DNA of 64,000 nt from the human T2T-CHM13v2.0 reference genome, Homo sapiens. The stretch lies in assembly GCF_009914755.1 (NCBI RefSeq), contig NC_060926.1. One strand, given 5' to 3'. Under the pieces are notes generated by a model. That model did not search any database. It worked only from the letters and a program-made list of their open reading frames with translations, and had not been told where the DNA came from. Positions 38,891 to 53,190 of this stretch are shown here, piece by piece. How positions within the stretch are numbered: position 1 is the first letter of the stretch; every line of letters starts with the position of its first letter. The position numbers and the translations under genes are program-made.

Positions 38891-41800
38891 ATCAGGTATA
38901 TTTTTCGTGCAACTTACACACATGTGTGCATGCTCACACACATACACACACACACATGCTTCTTTTAAATCAAATTAATTTTCTTAAGTGAAATTTATTT
39001 TTCGTTTCTCCTGAGAATTAGCTATAAAATAATGCCTCTTCCTCTCCTACTTTCTTTTTCCAAAGCACTGTTTCATGCTAATAGGTTATTAAGACCAAGT
39101 TTGCATGGTTTTGCTTCATTACCCTTTGAAGGTCCTGGTACTCAAACTAAAATGGACCTGCCCCTACCCTGATCTACCTGACAGACTCCTCTTCATGGAT
39201 AATGCAGACTTTGATGAGTCAGATGAACTATCTCCTCTCAAGGGAGTCTATCCTGGTACACCCCCCTATCTCTGTGAGCACACACAATACGCCTGATTAT
39301 ACTGACCTGATTGTTTCATCTCCCCTTTCTAGGAGTTTCTTTGTGGGAAGACGTAGTGTCTAATTTATCTTCACATCTCTGGGACCAGTAAAGGTTTTCT
39401 AATATATTTAGTGTTCAATAAAAATCTAATGGATTAATGAAAGTGAATGAAGGCAGAGCTCCCCGTGCCGTCCATTCCACTAGTGGCTTTATGGTATTAG
39501 GCAAGCCACTTACTCTCTCTGAGCCTCAGTTATTCCATCTGCCCACTGGGCTTAATAATAATCAATAGCTTGCAAATCAGTTTCAAACATTGAATGCAGC
39601 AATGGATGTCCCTGTTCCACTTGGGATTTTCTTTTAAGGGTTCTTAAATAAGAATGGCAAGCAAAAGACTGTTTCAAATGGGAAATGATTTGTGCCTTCA
39701 CCCCATTGGAATAATGAGACACTCCTTTTGGAAACTGAGGGGTTTTGACATTTAAAGGACACACTCAATTGGTGTAATGGCTCCAGGGGGAAAGATCCCT
39801 CCCTACGCTGGATTTTACTTCTTCTCACAAATCAACAGAAATGTCTCCACACACTAGTGTACTTGGAGTGTGAGTGCCTCAAAAGCTGAATGCAGGTCCT
39901 TATAAAGGGGAAAGTTTCTTGCCATTTTCTTGGCCATCGACTTTAAAGATAAAGGGATTTCAAAACCACATTTTCAAATTACTATATGGTTCACATACGC
40001 CTGCTTCAAAATTGTTATTGGTAAATTACATTCTCACTGCTATTATTTTCCCCCTGATCTGTTCAATAAGACAGCCTTTTTTTGGGTTGTTTGTCCAAAT
40101 CAGAGTTGTGTCCAATCTGGTAGTGAGAGGATGTGCCCAGACCAGAAATGGGACCTTTACTTGTGATTTAAGCATACCAGAAATAAACTGAAAGCTGACC
40201 ACACTCCTAACACATTTGCAATGCCTTCTGGGCAGTCAGGATTTGGCCTCAGCCACTGACCTTCTCTTGGTCTGGACTGAGAATAAAGTGCAGCAAAAAG
40301 CCAGACTATATGATTGTTTTAAATTGAAATGACTTTCTTTAGCAGAATTTATTCTTCATTCTCCCAGGGATCAACCTCCTCTTTTCCTACTATCTCACCC
40401 AAAAGAGTTTTTAAAAGCCTGTGGGTGCTTCGGTGGAGTTTGGAGCATTTTGCAGGATGGGGAGTGAGGGACAGTGGTCTGATTCTGCACTGCCACTTGC
40501 TTTTCTTTGTCCTTCATCCTTTTTTCCCCACTCACATTCTTTTCCTTCCATAATTCACTGAGCAAATATTTTCCAAGTGCATGCTCAGTCAGCCCTGGGC
40601 TGGGCAATGGGGTCATGGAGATAAATAAGATCCATTCACTCTTTGGGAGGTACAGGCTCAGGGAAGAGGTGAGCTGGATTTTCTAGTAAGTCCTTCATGC
40701 TGTGGTATGTGGTATGTACTCAAGGCGGTATGAGCAGGGAAAACTGGATGCAGCTCCCAACTCCATGCGGAGGCAGGCCCCAGGCTCTATTTCTCTTACG
40801 TTGTGTAAGTGTTTATTTCCTGCCTCTCTCTTTCTTATATTGGTGAAATAAGATTAATTTGCAGTTAGTACAATGTCTAGGGAAATTTGCCCTTGGAAGG
40901 CAGCCTGAGACTTGTGTGCCCACTCAGTGTGTAGGAAGCAGATCTCTTACATTGCTAAGCCAGTTGCTCACTTATTCAGGTATCTGGGAGGACACCTGGA
41001 GCCCAAACGCCTCAGGGCCTAAGACTGACCATCCTTCCAGATCTTGCTGTCTATTTGGGGTACTCAACGTGGACACTGCATTCCCCGCCGCCATCTACAC
41101 TGCACTGGAGCCCTGCTTTGGACTCGGGTTCGTCTTAAAATAGTGAGATGGTACTTCTATCAATGACAGAGTCAGGTGCCCTTTTGCTCCATATTCTCTG
41201 CCATTTTCCCACAAACTCTTATCCTCAAGGACCGTTCTTTTCTACCTTTTATCTCCCATCCTTTCACAGATAAATTAATTCATCAAAAACATGGGGGTGG
41301 GGGTTACTGTCAGGATGAGGTTGTTGCCCTGAAGGGCAGATTCAGGCTGACAAGGTCTTACCCAATAATAAGAAACAGTCCTTGCCCAGAGGAGTGTGCT
41401 CCAAAAGCAGTAATGGAGGGCAGTGGAGCAGTTATATATGTATATATGTGTGCATATGTAGATGAGGTTCATTTCTTTTTTATAATACCTCCACTCTCTT
41501 AGAGTTTCTGAAGCCTGCAGTTTTCCCCTTTCCGTCAGAGCATATTGTGTTATGCGTTTCCTCTGATTCCATCATTTTTTATCCTTTTGTTTATTTGCCC
41601 TCATTTTTCTCCTCTTTTATCTTCTGCAAAGCCACCTTGCTTCCTTCCATTTATTCCTGAAGGCCACGTAACCTCTGATGGTGCCTGCATGCCCAGCAGG
41701 AAAATATGGATGATAATGTGTCCTGCTTGCTTTGTGTTCACAAAAGACTAAAAGCCTCTAGATATTTCAGTATTTTATCCTTGTTATTATTGTTATTCTA

Positions 41801-42119
41801 ACTTGTCCCCATCATTATGTATTGTGAAATTGATACCTTTTTCTGTACTAGAAGGTCATGTGGACCTTAAACAGTAGGAAAGATCTAGCTTGAACCCAGT
41901 ATAGGGGAGGCTTCAGACCAACCACAAGCCATAGGTAGAAATGGAAAGTGTAAATCAGATTTCCAATAAGTATCCCAGGACTGGGAGAATTTTAGTTCAA
42001 TTGCTCACATTTTTTTTTCATCTGTAGTTTGTAAAATAATCACTGGCATTTAGCATATTGACCAAAGAACTTTAAAAGAAAAAAAAGCATCATTCTGAGA
42101 ATGCAAACAATTAAAATTT

Positions 42120-42680
42120 AATTTATTGCTGGTGGGAGTATAAATCGAAACAGTTAAGAAGACTGTTTTGCATTATCTACTGAAGTCAAACATATGCATA
42201 CCCTATGACCAACAGTTCTACTCCTAGGTATACATCAACAGAAATATGAACCATAATAAATACAGAATATTACTTATGGCAGCACTATTCAAAATAGCCA
42301 AAACCTATACTATGCCCATTGAGAGTAGAAAGAAAGATGATTTATGAAATGTTTCTCACACCAGAATGCTGTACAGCTTCCTTTATTAATATGGACAAAT
42401 GTCATCAATACAATGCTAGGCAAAAGAAGCCAGGGTCAAAATAGTACATGCAATGTGATTCCATTTAAATCATATTCGACCTCTGATTTCAGAAACGGGT
42501 TAGTGGTATTCTTAGAAGGGGTGGTTGGTGACTGGAGGGAAGCTTCTGGCGTGCTGGTAAAATTCTGTCTTTTGTTCTGGTTGCTAGTTACTTTGGTGTG
42601 TTCAGTTTGTGAAAAATTATCAAGTCATATATTCCTGTGCACTTTTGCATTTGTTCTTGAACACAAGAAACAATAAAACA
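42120..42680 (+). mobile_element. L1ME-type 3' fragment
   Basis: attgctggtgggagtataaa...ccctatgacc...ctcctaggtatac...gtgtgttcagtttgtgaaaa...aataaaa. Confidence 0.75.
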
Positions 42681-44609
42681 CAGTACTAAAAACAGCCTCA
42701 ATCATTGAAATATTTTCTCATCATCATAAGTTTTAATGGTTTTATAAGTAGTTCCCCATATAGAATTACCATGACTTATTTATCATTCTCTTTTGTCAGA
42801 CATTTCCCTCCCCCAGTCTGTAACAACTATTTCAAAAGATCAACTAAATATTAATATTTCTGCTTGTAATCCTCCTCCGAGCTCCATTTTCAGCTTTTTT
42901 CTTTAAAAAGTGCAATAAAGCCAGTAATAACAATGCTTTAATGGCTCTTGATATGGATTGATGAATTATTATTCACAAGTCTTTCACAACATTTATTTCT
43001 ACCAAACAAATAAGGAAATTATTTTAATCTGTTAACCAAATTCAAGTTATCACTAAACTCTTTTCCAGTTTCCTGAGGGGGTTTGGCATTTGGTTTGAGG
43101 TGTCAAAATTTGTAGTGAGGATTAAATCAATGAAGCATGTAGAAGGTTTGATATTAAATAAATTCTTCGTTCTGATCACTATTATTATTTTACCTTTTGG
43201 GCATCCAGTTAATACTACCAGTATTATTAAATAGTGTATGTTTAGTGATTCCTGAGCAAGAAATCTCTCTATCTGGCAAAACTCAACCAGATACATGCCT
43301 TATCCTTAAGGAAATCACATTTTGAAATTAAAGTCTACAGTAGGATTTCCTCCTGGTACCAAGATTCTGCCAATTGGAGAACCAGGACTTAAAGAAGAAC
43401 ATAATTGATAGTTAGTGTACTTGTTTTTATTCATCATGTATATGTTAAACCTTCTGCCACTTTAGTCAAAAAGTCTGCCACTTTTTGAAATCTAGGTGGT
43501 AAATGCAGCTGAACTTCAGTAGAAAACAAACTGCTCCATGTTCAAGGGCATAAAAATAAAGTAAGGCAGGAAGAAAGGTGGGAGGGAAGAAGGGAGGATG
43601 GAAAGGTGGCACTGTACTAATTTTTATGAAATAAGAGCCTGACCTGATGCAGTCTGTGTTTTTCCAGGGGCTTCTCTGAAAATCAGTTTTGCTGGAGCAT
43701 GTGCAGGAAAGAGCAGATACACATGAGAGAAATAGAGGCTCCGCGTTTGTGCTCAAGGAGGGTAAAAGGAACTGAGATGCTTCTCTGAAAGCAATGAGCA
43801 TTTGTCCAACTGACACATGGAGGTTTTCAAAGACAGTCTTAGAATGATGATAGTGAAGTTTTTAAGAGTTGATTCATACTCAGTCCAAGGAAACATCATC
43901 ATAATGAACCCACTTGATACCAAGGGCCAACTGAAGAGTATCATACAAAATTGCTTCTAGCTAGGCCAGCCAACTAATGGTCTAAGTTGTCAAAAAGACT
44001 GATAGAGAATCCCAGAGAATAAATGCATGCTGGTATATTATTTGGTGAAAGAAAACATGTAAGAGGTAAGAGGAAGAAACTGGAAGAATCACTTAGTTGT
44101 GGTATTGACCCAAATCGTCTAATATTTGTCTTAGAATTTTAGGGCAAGGAGCTACATGCAGGCTTTGAAGGTCGCCATGTCCAGTGTGACTCCAGGCTTT
44201 GCCACATAAAATCTGTTTAATTCCCCACTCTGGCCAAAGCAATCTCTGATGTTAAGTTTTCTTAGGCAATGTGGATGTTAAATTTTCTTAGGGAATGTGA
44301 ATGATATGAAGAATACCTTCTTTCCCATTGACAATTTAATGAGTTTAGTATAAAGTTTCTAGCCTACAACTAGTATGACTAGTATCTTTAAATATTGTTT
44401 TTAGAACCAGAGGCATTGCTCTGGTCCTCAAAGAGCTCAGAGATTAAGGCTGAGAAAAAAAAAAAAAAAACAAAAGAAAAAGAAAAAGAAAAAAAACCCT
44501 TAAGCATCTCTAAGTAAAAAGCTACATGTTTTTTGTTCTTCTAAAATTACAGTGAACTGTATACAAGAAACAAACAAGTAAAAATGAAAGTATATTAGAG
44601 CAATAGGGG

Positions 44610-44840
44610 AAAAATTAAATACTTGCAGTGGCCAGGAAGGCAACATGAATGAATGAAATCATCCTGGTGGGTTCTGTGGTCAAGTGGAGAGTGCATGCCC
44701 TATCTTAAAGGAGCTGACCCCAGTGCAGTTGAGAATTGCCATGCAAGAAAGCAGGTTCATTGTTAAGAGATGTTCTGATTTTTCAATGAGGAACTAACTA
44801 GAATTTTTAGAAGTATTTTTTGTGTTTTAAAAAATTGACA
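44610..44840 (+). mobile_element. MER102-like hAT-Charlie relic
   Basis: ggccaggaaggcaacatgaatga...tggagagtgcatgccc...ttgccatgc...gatttttcaa matches my recall of MER102. Confidence 0.6.
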
Positions 44841-45370
44841 AATAATTAAAATGAGGAAATGCTCGGTGGGTAGAAAGATAAATGACTAATAAGTTTATAT
44901 GAGTTCAGGTGTGCATGTCTGCGACTACAGGGGTAGTGTAGGACAAACAGTGGAGTGCATGGGGATGGATAACATACTAGTAAATACAACATATGTGAAG
45001 AGGTGCAAAGTCTAGATAGGCCATGTGGCATGAGAGCCACAAGTGGTTCGGAATGCTTGGTGCACTGAAGTCAGTGCAGGAAGTGTGGGAGAAAGAAGCT
45101 GGTGGGGTAAGGGGAGGCCAGATCTCCCTTGCTGTGTCAATTGTGATCAGGAATTTCAGCTTGATCCCTAGGACAATGACTAGTTTCCAAAGGGTATCAA
45201 ACACGTACAGCAGAATCACATTTTCAAATTTGCATTAATTCTAGCCACAAAATGCTGAATGGAAAGGAAGAGCAGGGGCTGAAGGTAGCATGTTTTTGCA
45301 GGGATTCAGGTTAGGGTGACAGAGAATATACTGAAAGCAGTCTCCAGGCATAGAAAGAAGCAGACAAGCT

Positions 45371-45690
45371 GGCCGTTGTGGTTCACACCTGTAATCCCAG
45401 CACTTGGAGAGGCCAAGGCAGGAGGATTGCTCGAGCTCAGCGTTTTGAGATAGCCTGGGCAACATAGTAAGACCTCATTTCTAGTAAAATTAAATAAACA
45501 AGTAATAAAAATAAATTTTAACGAATTAGCTGGTCGTGGTGGTGTGTGCTTTTGGTCCCAGCTACTCGGTAGGCTGAGGCAGGAGGATCGCTTGAACTTT
45601 GGGAGATGGAGGCTGCAGTGCGCTATGATCACACCACCGCACTCCAGCCTGGATGATAGAATATGACTCTGTCTCAAAAATAAAACAAAT
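45371..45690 (+). mobile_element. AluJ, sense
   Basis: ggaggattgctcgagctcag...cctgggcaacatag...ggaggctgcagtgcgctatgatc are J-type features. Confidence 0.92.
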
Positions 45691-45763
45691 AGGCAGGCAG
45701 GAAGGAAGAAAAGAAAGAGAAAGAAGAAAGAAAGGAAGAAAGAAAGAGAAAGAAAGAAAGAAA

Positions 45764-45813
<50 letters not shown>

Positions 45814-46062
45814 AGGAAGGAAGGAAGGAAGGAAGGAAGGAAGGAAGGAAGGAAGGAAGGAAGGAAAGAAAGAAAGGAAGGAAGGAAGGAAGGAAGGAGG
45901 GAAGGAAGGGAGGGAAAGAAAAAGAAAGAAAGAAAGAAAGAGAAAGAAAGGAAAGAAAGAGAAAGGAAAGAAAGAAAGAAGACAGAGAGAAAGAAAGAAA
46001 AAAGAAAGAGAAAGAAAGGTAGGAAGGAAGCAGGAAAGAGAAAGAAGAGAGAGAGAGAAGCA
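45691..46062. repeat. Complex (GAAA)n/(GGAA)n polypurine microsatellite
   Basis: Directly visible; includes 13 consecutive GGAA units at 45815-45866. Confidence 0.97.
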
Positions 46063-47989
46063 AATGGATTCAGAAACAGATTTCTGGGAGAGGGAAAGAA
46101 AATCCACAGGGCTGGCGTAGGGGAGGAGGACAGTGAGAGAGGAGGATGAGGGAAGATTACTGTTGCCTTTCTGTTTCTGTACAATAAGTTTTACAGAAGA
46201 TTCATGCCTCCAATAACTCTCTACACATAGTAGGTAAAAAGGGCCGCTTTTAAAAAATTATTCTCTTTATAAAGAAAAAGCAAACTTACTCCTAGTTTTC
46301 TCCTTTGTAAAGACTAAAACAGCCAGGTAAAAATGGAAATTTAGTTCACTGTGCAATTGAGTTCATAACTCACTGTGTCATTACGGTTTGTCAGCATCTG
46401 TAATTGAAATAATCCCCCAGATTTGTGTCACTATCACCAGGTTCTGTAAGTCTCAAACCTTAAGGAGTGCATTTTTGCCCGAGAAACCACCAACCCCAGT
46501 CATCTTCTTCTCCATTAAAAAAGTTGTTGACTAAGTCACACGCAAGAAAATGTGCAATAGATCTTGCATTCTTCACTTCTGTTAAAGAAAAATGACACTA
46601 ACAAGATATATAAATAGTTATTCAAATCCACCATGGGGAGTGACAACAAAATGAGAAAAACAAAACCAAACAAAACATTTGACTACATATATCCTCTCCT
46701 CTTTATTCTACACACTCTCTAGGAAAGAAATAATGAACCTTCCTCTATGATCTGCTTGTGTTTATAATTGATTTATCTTGTGGTTAAAGAGATTTACTTA
46801 CCAAAATTGAGACAGACAGGAGAATGCAATTGGGGTTTGGCCTCCTGGCCTGCTTGGGTATCACTTACGGGAACTGAAAATAAAATAATTGAACACATAT
46901 TGTATTCTATAAATCATTACTTCAGAATGCAAGACGAGATCTATCCCTTAGGATAAATTTCTATGGATGTAGCAAGTGAATGTCATACATATATTTATGA
47001 GTCTGCTGACCTGGTGGGATTTAGGAAAAACAGCCCTTCTCTCCCCACTCTCCCCTGCCCCATGTCCCCCTCACATCCTCCCCATTTCTAATTATTTCCT
47101 TGCTTTCCTCAAAGCCATTGACCCACCATTGGGCCAGTCTGACTAATGCCAGGAATTCTTTAAATTATCTATTCATTCCTTTAACTTACAGCTTTGTTTC
47201 TCACTTAACATCTCTATTCCCTGTCTAAGATTATGCATTTCAATTTCTCATCTGATCCACTTTGATAAGGACACATTTGTATCTGGTCATTTGTCAGACA
47301 AAGATTTAATAAAGTTGTAGAATAATTTCTAGAATGAGGCTCAGATGAGAGATCCTAAGGGTACAGAAAACGAATGACAAGTTGGTCCTGACCTTGGTAT
47401 TTTCCCTTCCACCTTTTCCTCCTCTCCATTAGTACATCTGGTAGACCTCAAAGGCCTGTGTGTGGCTTTCACTCATCCATATGTGTAGACTTGAGCCTGA
47501 AGATTTGAAACAAATGTTGTGTTCTTTAAGGCCAGGCTGTACCTCCACCTCCCCTGGGTTCTCCCAGGAGTTTCAGCACCAAATAAATACCTTCTAATGG
47601 GACTTAGCTTAATTTGCCGGCTTGTCTTTCAACACACGTTTTTCTGATATCAGAGGGGTAGGCTGGTGGAAAACTGGATTTCTGATGGGAACAAAACACT
47701 CTGAAATATTAAATCTGCCTGATTCTTGAATAATTTTCAAGAAACATATAAAATCTCTCTGAAATCTTCAAGATATATCCTCAGCAGAAAGTTACAAGCC
47801 TATTGTGTATTCCACAAAAAAGAAATCTGTCTTCTAAATCATAATGTAATAATAAGCTCATTATTAATCAGCTTAATTTAAGGATTAATCAGCACATATA
47901 TATTAAGTAACTGGTTCTAGCCATTGTGAAGGTGCAAAAGAAGGCATAAGAGAGCAGCAGTGATTGAACAGGTATTGTATTCTATGTTA

Positions 47990-48360
<371 letters not shown>

Positions 48361-48816
48361 TGATCTTAGTGAAGCCTCACCACACACCCACACAATAGAT
48401 TGATTTTTATTTTATAGATGAAGTAGCTGAGGCTTAGGTAATTCCATGGTCAATATGGCTAATCAGCAAGTGACATGCGTTTGACTCCATGTCTATCTGG
48501 CTCTGGTCTATCCACCTTCCACTCCACTGCACTGCACTGTGCAAGCATTAGGAAGTCTACTGAAGTTTTCTAAGTTGGTGTACCTAACAGCTTCTGTCTA
48601 ACTTTGCCAGAAAGGACAGTCCCACTCTGTGCCTTCCACTTCAGATGAAAGTGTGCTGTGGACTGTGTGAGAACTTTTTTTTTCACAAGAAACATGGCCA
48701 TCTGAAGTTTTACTCTTAAACTTGTAAAATACAGGAACTACAATCTTTCACTTTTTTTGTATGTATACGGAAAGAGCTTGAGGGAGGGGGTTCCCAGCCT
48801 AGAAGGACATGTATTT

Positions 48817-49140
48817 TTTTCTTAACTAACTTTTATTTTAGGTTCAGGGCTAGATTTGCAGGTTTATTATGTGGGTAAACTTGTATAACATGGATTTGTC
48901 GTATAGATTATTTTGTCACCCAGGTACTAAGCTTAGTACCCAATAGTTATTTTTCTCTTATCTTCTCCCTCTTCCCACCCGACACCCTCAAGTAGGACCC
49001 AGTGTCTGTTGCTCCCCTCTTTGCGTCCAAGTGTTCTCATCATTTACCTCCCACTTATAAATGAGAATATGGGGTATTTGGTTTTCTGTTCCTGCCTTAG
49101 TTTGCTACAGATAGTGGCCTCTAGCTCCACCATTGTTTCT
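48817..49140 (-). mobile_element. Old L1PA (PA15/16-like) 3' end, antisense
   Basis: ttttattttaggttcaggg...gtcacccaggtactaagc...ctcccacttataaatgagaa. TSD AGGACATG(T/C)ATTT at 48804-48816 and 49141-49153. Confidence 0.9.
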
Positions 49141-49240
49141 AGGACATGCATTTATTTGAGGCTCTTTGGAATTCCAACTCTCACTGAAACTTTAATAAAA
49201 AAATTAATTTAGACCTTCATGACAACAGAGAACTACTTAA

Positions 49241-49630
<390 letters not shown>

Positions 49631-51934
49631 TGATACTCACACTCTGAGACAGTCTTTATCATCTACTCTCCCGCTGTTTAGAGAGTCTGCATAGTTCTTC
49701 AACGTAATTGCATATACTTATTGGTATTACATGTGTTCACTGGCAATGTAACTGAACTGGATGGATAATTACAGGAAAACACCCTGCCCACGGCCAAAAA
49801 GTCAGTTAAGTAGAGAAAGAGGTGGACCCACATTTCTGTTGTTAGCTAGATTGTTAGTGAACACATTAATATTTCCACTTCCAATCCCTCAGCCCGCAAA
49901 TGTAATCAAAGAATTGTAGAATCTAGCCCTGGGGGAGCCTTAGAGATACTTAAGCCATCTTAAATTATTTTTTACAACAAAGAGAATATCAGTAAATTAG
50001 TAAACACAGTACCGTGTATTTGGTGAAATCTCTCTATTCCGCAGGTGACTTGAGCGAATGTCTGAGGCTTTAAAAGCCCTGTCTGAAAGTTCATATTTAG
50101 TTCATTGGTGGGCTGGGACTGAAACACACATGAAAGTCAAATTTTCTGCTCCAGGACTTTTCCTATACCCCTTCACAATCTCCTGAGTTCATTACATTGA
50201 CACAAATTAATAATCACGGATATACACCTTGGACAAGGAATGAGGATCATTGCTTAAATTCTCTAGATAAATTCAAGATACCTCAAGAAACTAGAAAATC
50301 TCAATATTCAGTATAAATACGTAGGATTTTTCAAACATAAGGAAAAAGATTTGGTGTACTCATAATTTTTGCAATATTTTAAAGACGGAAAAAGTTTGTT
50401 CAGTAAATAATGTAAACAATATTTTAAGAGCAGCATTTAAATTATTAAAATAAAATGCTTGAATCACTTTGAGACACCATTTGCAAACAAACAATCAGAG
50501 CAATGATAAATAATTCTTCTCAATTCATTAAAGCATATCTTCGAAGCACCTTTACAAAGCAATGGTTTATTTAGTCCAGCTTGCTACTGTTGGAACTTAG
50601 AAACAAAAGGGAAAAAAAGCACTCACTGTTTTATTTGAAGGATACTATAGTTTGAGCCCTCCGTTCATTCATACAGGGGCCTTCTCCTGAATTAGTTTGA
50701 ATTACTTACTTATTATTCCTGAAGAGCATGTCATGCTTCTTGGGAGAAAATTAATGGTAAAAATTTTCGGGCTAACCGCATGGAAGCTTAAAATAAAACA
50801 GTTTCCATTCCAGGGGCTCATATTATGAGCTAAACAAGTAAAGTGCTGCTAGGTATTCACACTGGCGGAGGTCTCTGAACAACTTCCCCTGAGAAGTGTG
50901 AATGCTTCCCTTTGAGCCATCCCACATGCTAGGAGGAGCACGAACAGAATAAATACTATGAGACCCTGGCACTGAAATGCACAAGCATTCTTCTCAGCAT
51001 CTCTAACCAAGTCTTTTGTTTGGAAGAACATGGACAGTAGACCTCTCTGCATTTCTCTGGGGACATTATTCAAAGATCTCGTAGATCATATTGTTCTAAA
51101 TGTAGCCTAATTTCTTTTTTTTTTTTTTTTTTTGGCTCCTTTCTCCAAAACCATTCATACTAATTTTCTTCTGTCCACGGCCCTGTATCTTTTCCCTGCA
51201 TATGTTGCAACATCTCTGTGCTCCCTCCCACTTTTAATTATGATCTGCAAGTTACATAGGCAAGTGTGTGCCTAGCCTTTTCATATGCTTCGTATTTTAC
51301 TATTTCCAAACTGTTCATTCTTTCTGATAATTCTAAGAAAATTATTTCCTCTATATTTAGTCCTCGCAATGTAAGTAAGATGGCCTTTTTAGTCACATCT
51401 TTGAGCCCTGCCAACTGCCTCTGGGGAATGTGGCCGGAACTGAAATGGGAAGCCAGTGGCTACAAGATGGTTCTGAACAGAGGGTGGTCTGTTTGGTGAT
51501 TGGGGCAGCCTTCCATGCTATTTACTATGGCGCAGTATATTTCAAGGAGATGGTGTGTAAATACTGAATATATCTTGGATAGAATTAGGGTCTTTTTTTC
51601 ATTACCAATTCCTAGGTCAGAACTGTGTTTCATTGGCGATTTTTCCGTTTCTCATAATGATACGAAGAAGCAATCATCATAAAAAATAAACTAGTAATTA
51701 ACTGCAACATATATTCCTCATCCAAACAAATAGAGCAGGTATTAAAATCTAAATTTAACTTATTGGGGCTCATAAAGGTGGACTGACTTGCTAAATGTCA
51801 GATTTGGAGGTCCATCTAGCTTGTTTTTGGTTCATTTTTTCTTTATGACCCTAATTTCATTCTATACATGAACATGGTAATAGGATTCCATCGTTTCAAA
51901 TACAGAGCTTTTGTTTTGTGTATTTTTTCTCTCT

Positions 51935-53190
51935 CTTTCTATTATCGAGATGTAATTTATATACCATAAAACCCACCCTTTTAAGGTGTATAATTCAGTG
52001 ATGTTTAGGATATTCACACAGTTGTATAACAATCACCACCATCAGTTTCAGAATATTTTCATCATCTCAAAAAGAAATTCCATGTCATTAGCAGCCACTT
52101 CCCAGTTACCTCTTCCCGTGTCCCTGGAAACCACTAATCTACTTTCTTTTTCTGTAGATTTGCCCATCCTGAGCCTTTCATATAAATAGAACCATATAGT
52201 ATGTGATCTTTTTGTGTCTGATTTCTTTTACTTCGCATAATATTGTCCCAGTTCATCCATGTTATAACATTCATCATTACTTTATTCCTTTTTAATTGCC
52301 AAAGAGTGTTGCGCAGTGTGAAAGCACCACAGTTTGTTTATCCATTCATCCATTGGTCAGTTAATGGATGTTGGGATGGTTTCATTTCTTTGGCTATTAT
52401 ACATAACACTGCTATAAATATGTACAATTTTTGTGCAAACATATGTTGTCTATCCTCTTGGATATATACCTAGAAGTGAGATTGTTGTGTCAAACGGTAA
52501 CTATAGGTTTAATCTTTTTGAGGAACTTCCTAACTTTTTCAAATCGGCTGTTCCATTTTACATTCTCACCGGCAGTGAATGAGGGATCGAATTTCTTCAT
52601 CTTCTTGCCAACACTTTTTATTGTCTGATTTTTTGATGATAGACATCTTACTGAATATGAAATGCTATCGCATTGTGGTTTTGACTTGCATTCCCTAATG
52701 ACTAATGATATTGGATATCTTTTTCCTGTGCTTATTGTCCATTTGTATACATAAATTTTTTGGAGAAATGTCTAACATCTTTTGTAGATTTTAAATTTTT
52801 CTTCTTTTTACTAGTCAGTTGTAATAATTTGTCGTATGTTTGGAATATAATTCCCTTATGAGATATATGATTTGCAAATGTTTTCTCCAGTTCTATGGGC
52901 TGTATTTTGTCTTCTTCATAGTATCTTTTGAAACACTAAATTTTAAATTCTGATCAAGTTCATTTTCTCTAGTCTCCTATCTTTTTTATTTATACATTTA
53001 GGATCATAGATAAGGAAGCCTTACTTAATCCAAGATCATGGTTTCTCCTAAGAGTTTTATAGTTTTAGCTCTCACAGTTAGGTCTTTGATGCATTATGAG
53101 TGAATTTTCATATTTGTTGTGAGGTAGGGGGTCCAGCTTTAGTCTTTGGCATGTGGATATATCCTTGTCTCAACACCATTTGTTGATGTG
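51935..53190 (-). mobile_element. L1MB-type 3' fragment, antisense
   Basis: ataccataaaacccacccttttaaggtgtataattcagtg ... cattgtggttttgacttgcattccctaatgact ... caacaccatttgttga. Confidence 0.85.

Noticed and set aside
45306-46184. Longest ORFs in the track (292, 181, 155 and 129 aa)
   Set aside because: Translations of the GAAA/GGAA microsatellite plus AluJ.
47572-47590. TTCAGCACC REST/NRSE half-site
   Set aside because: The GGACAG right half is absent at canonical or nearby spacing.
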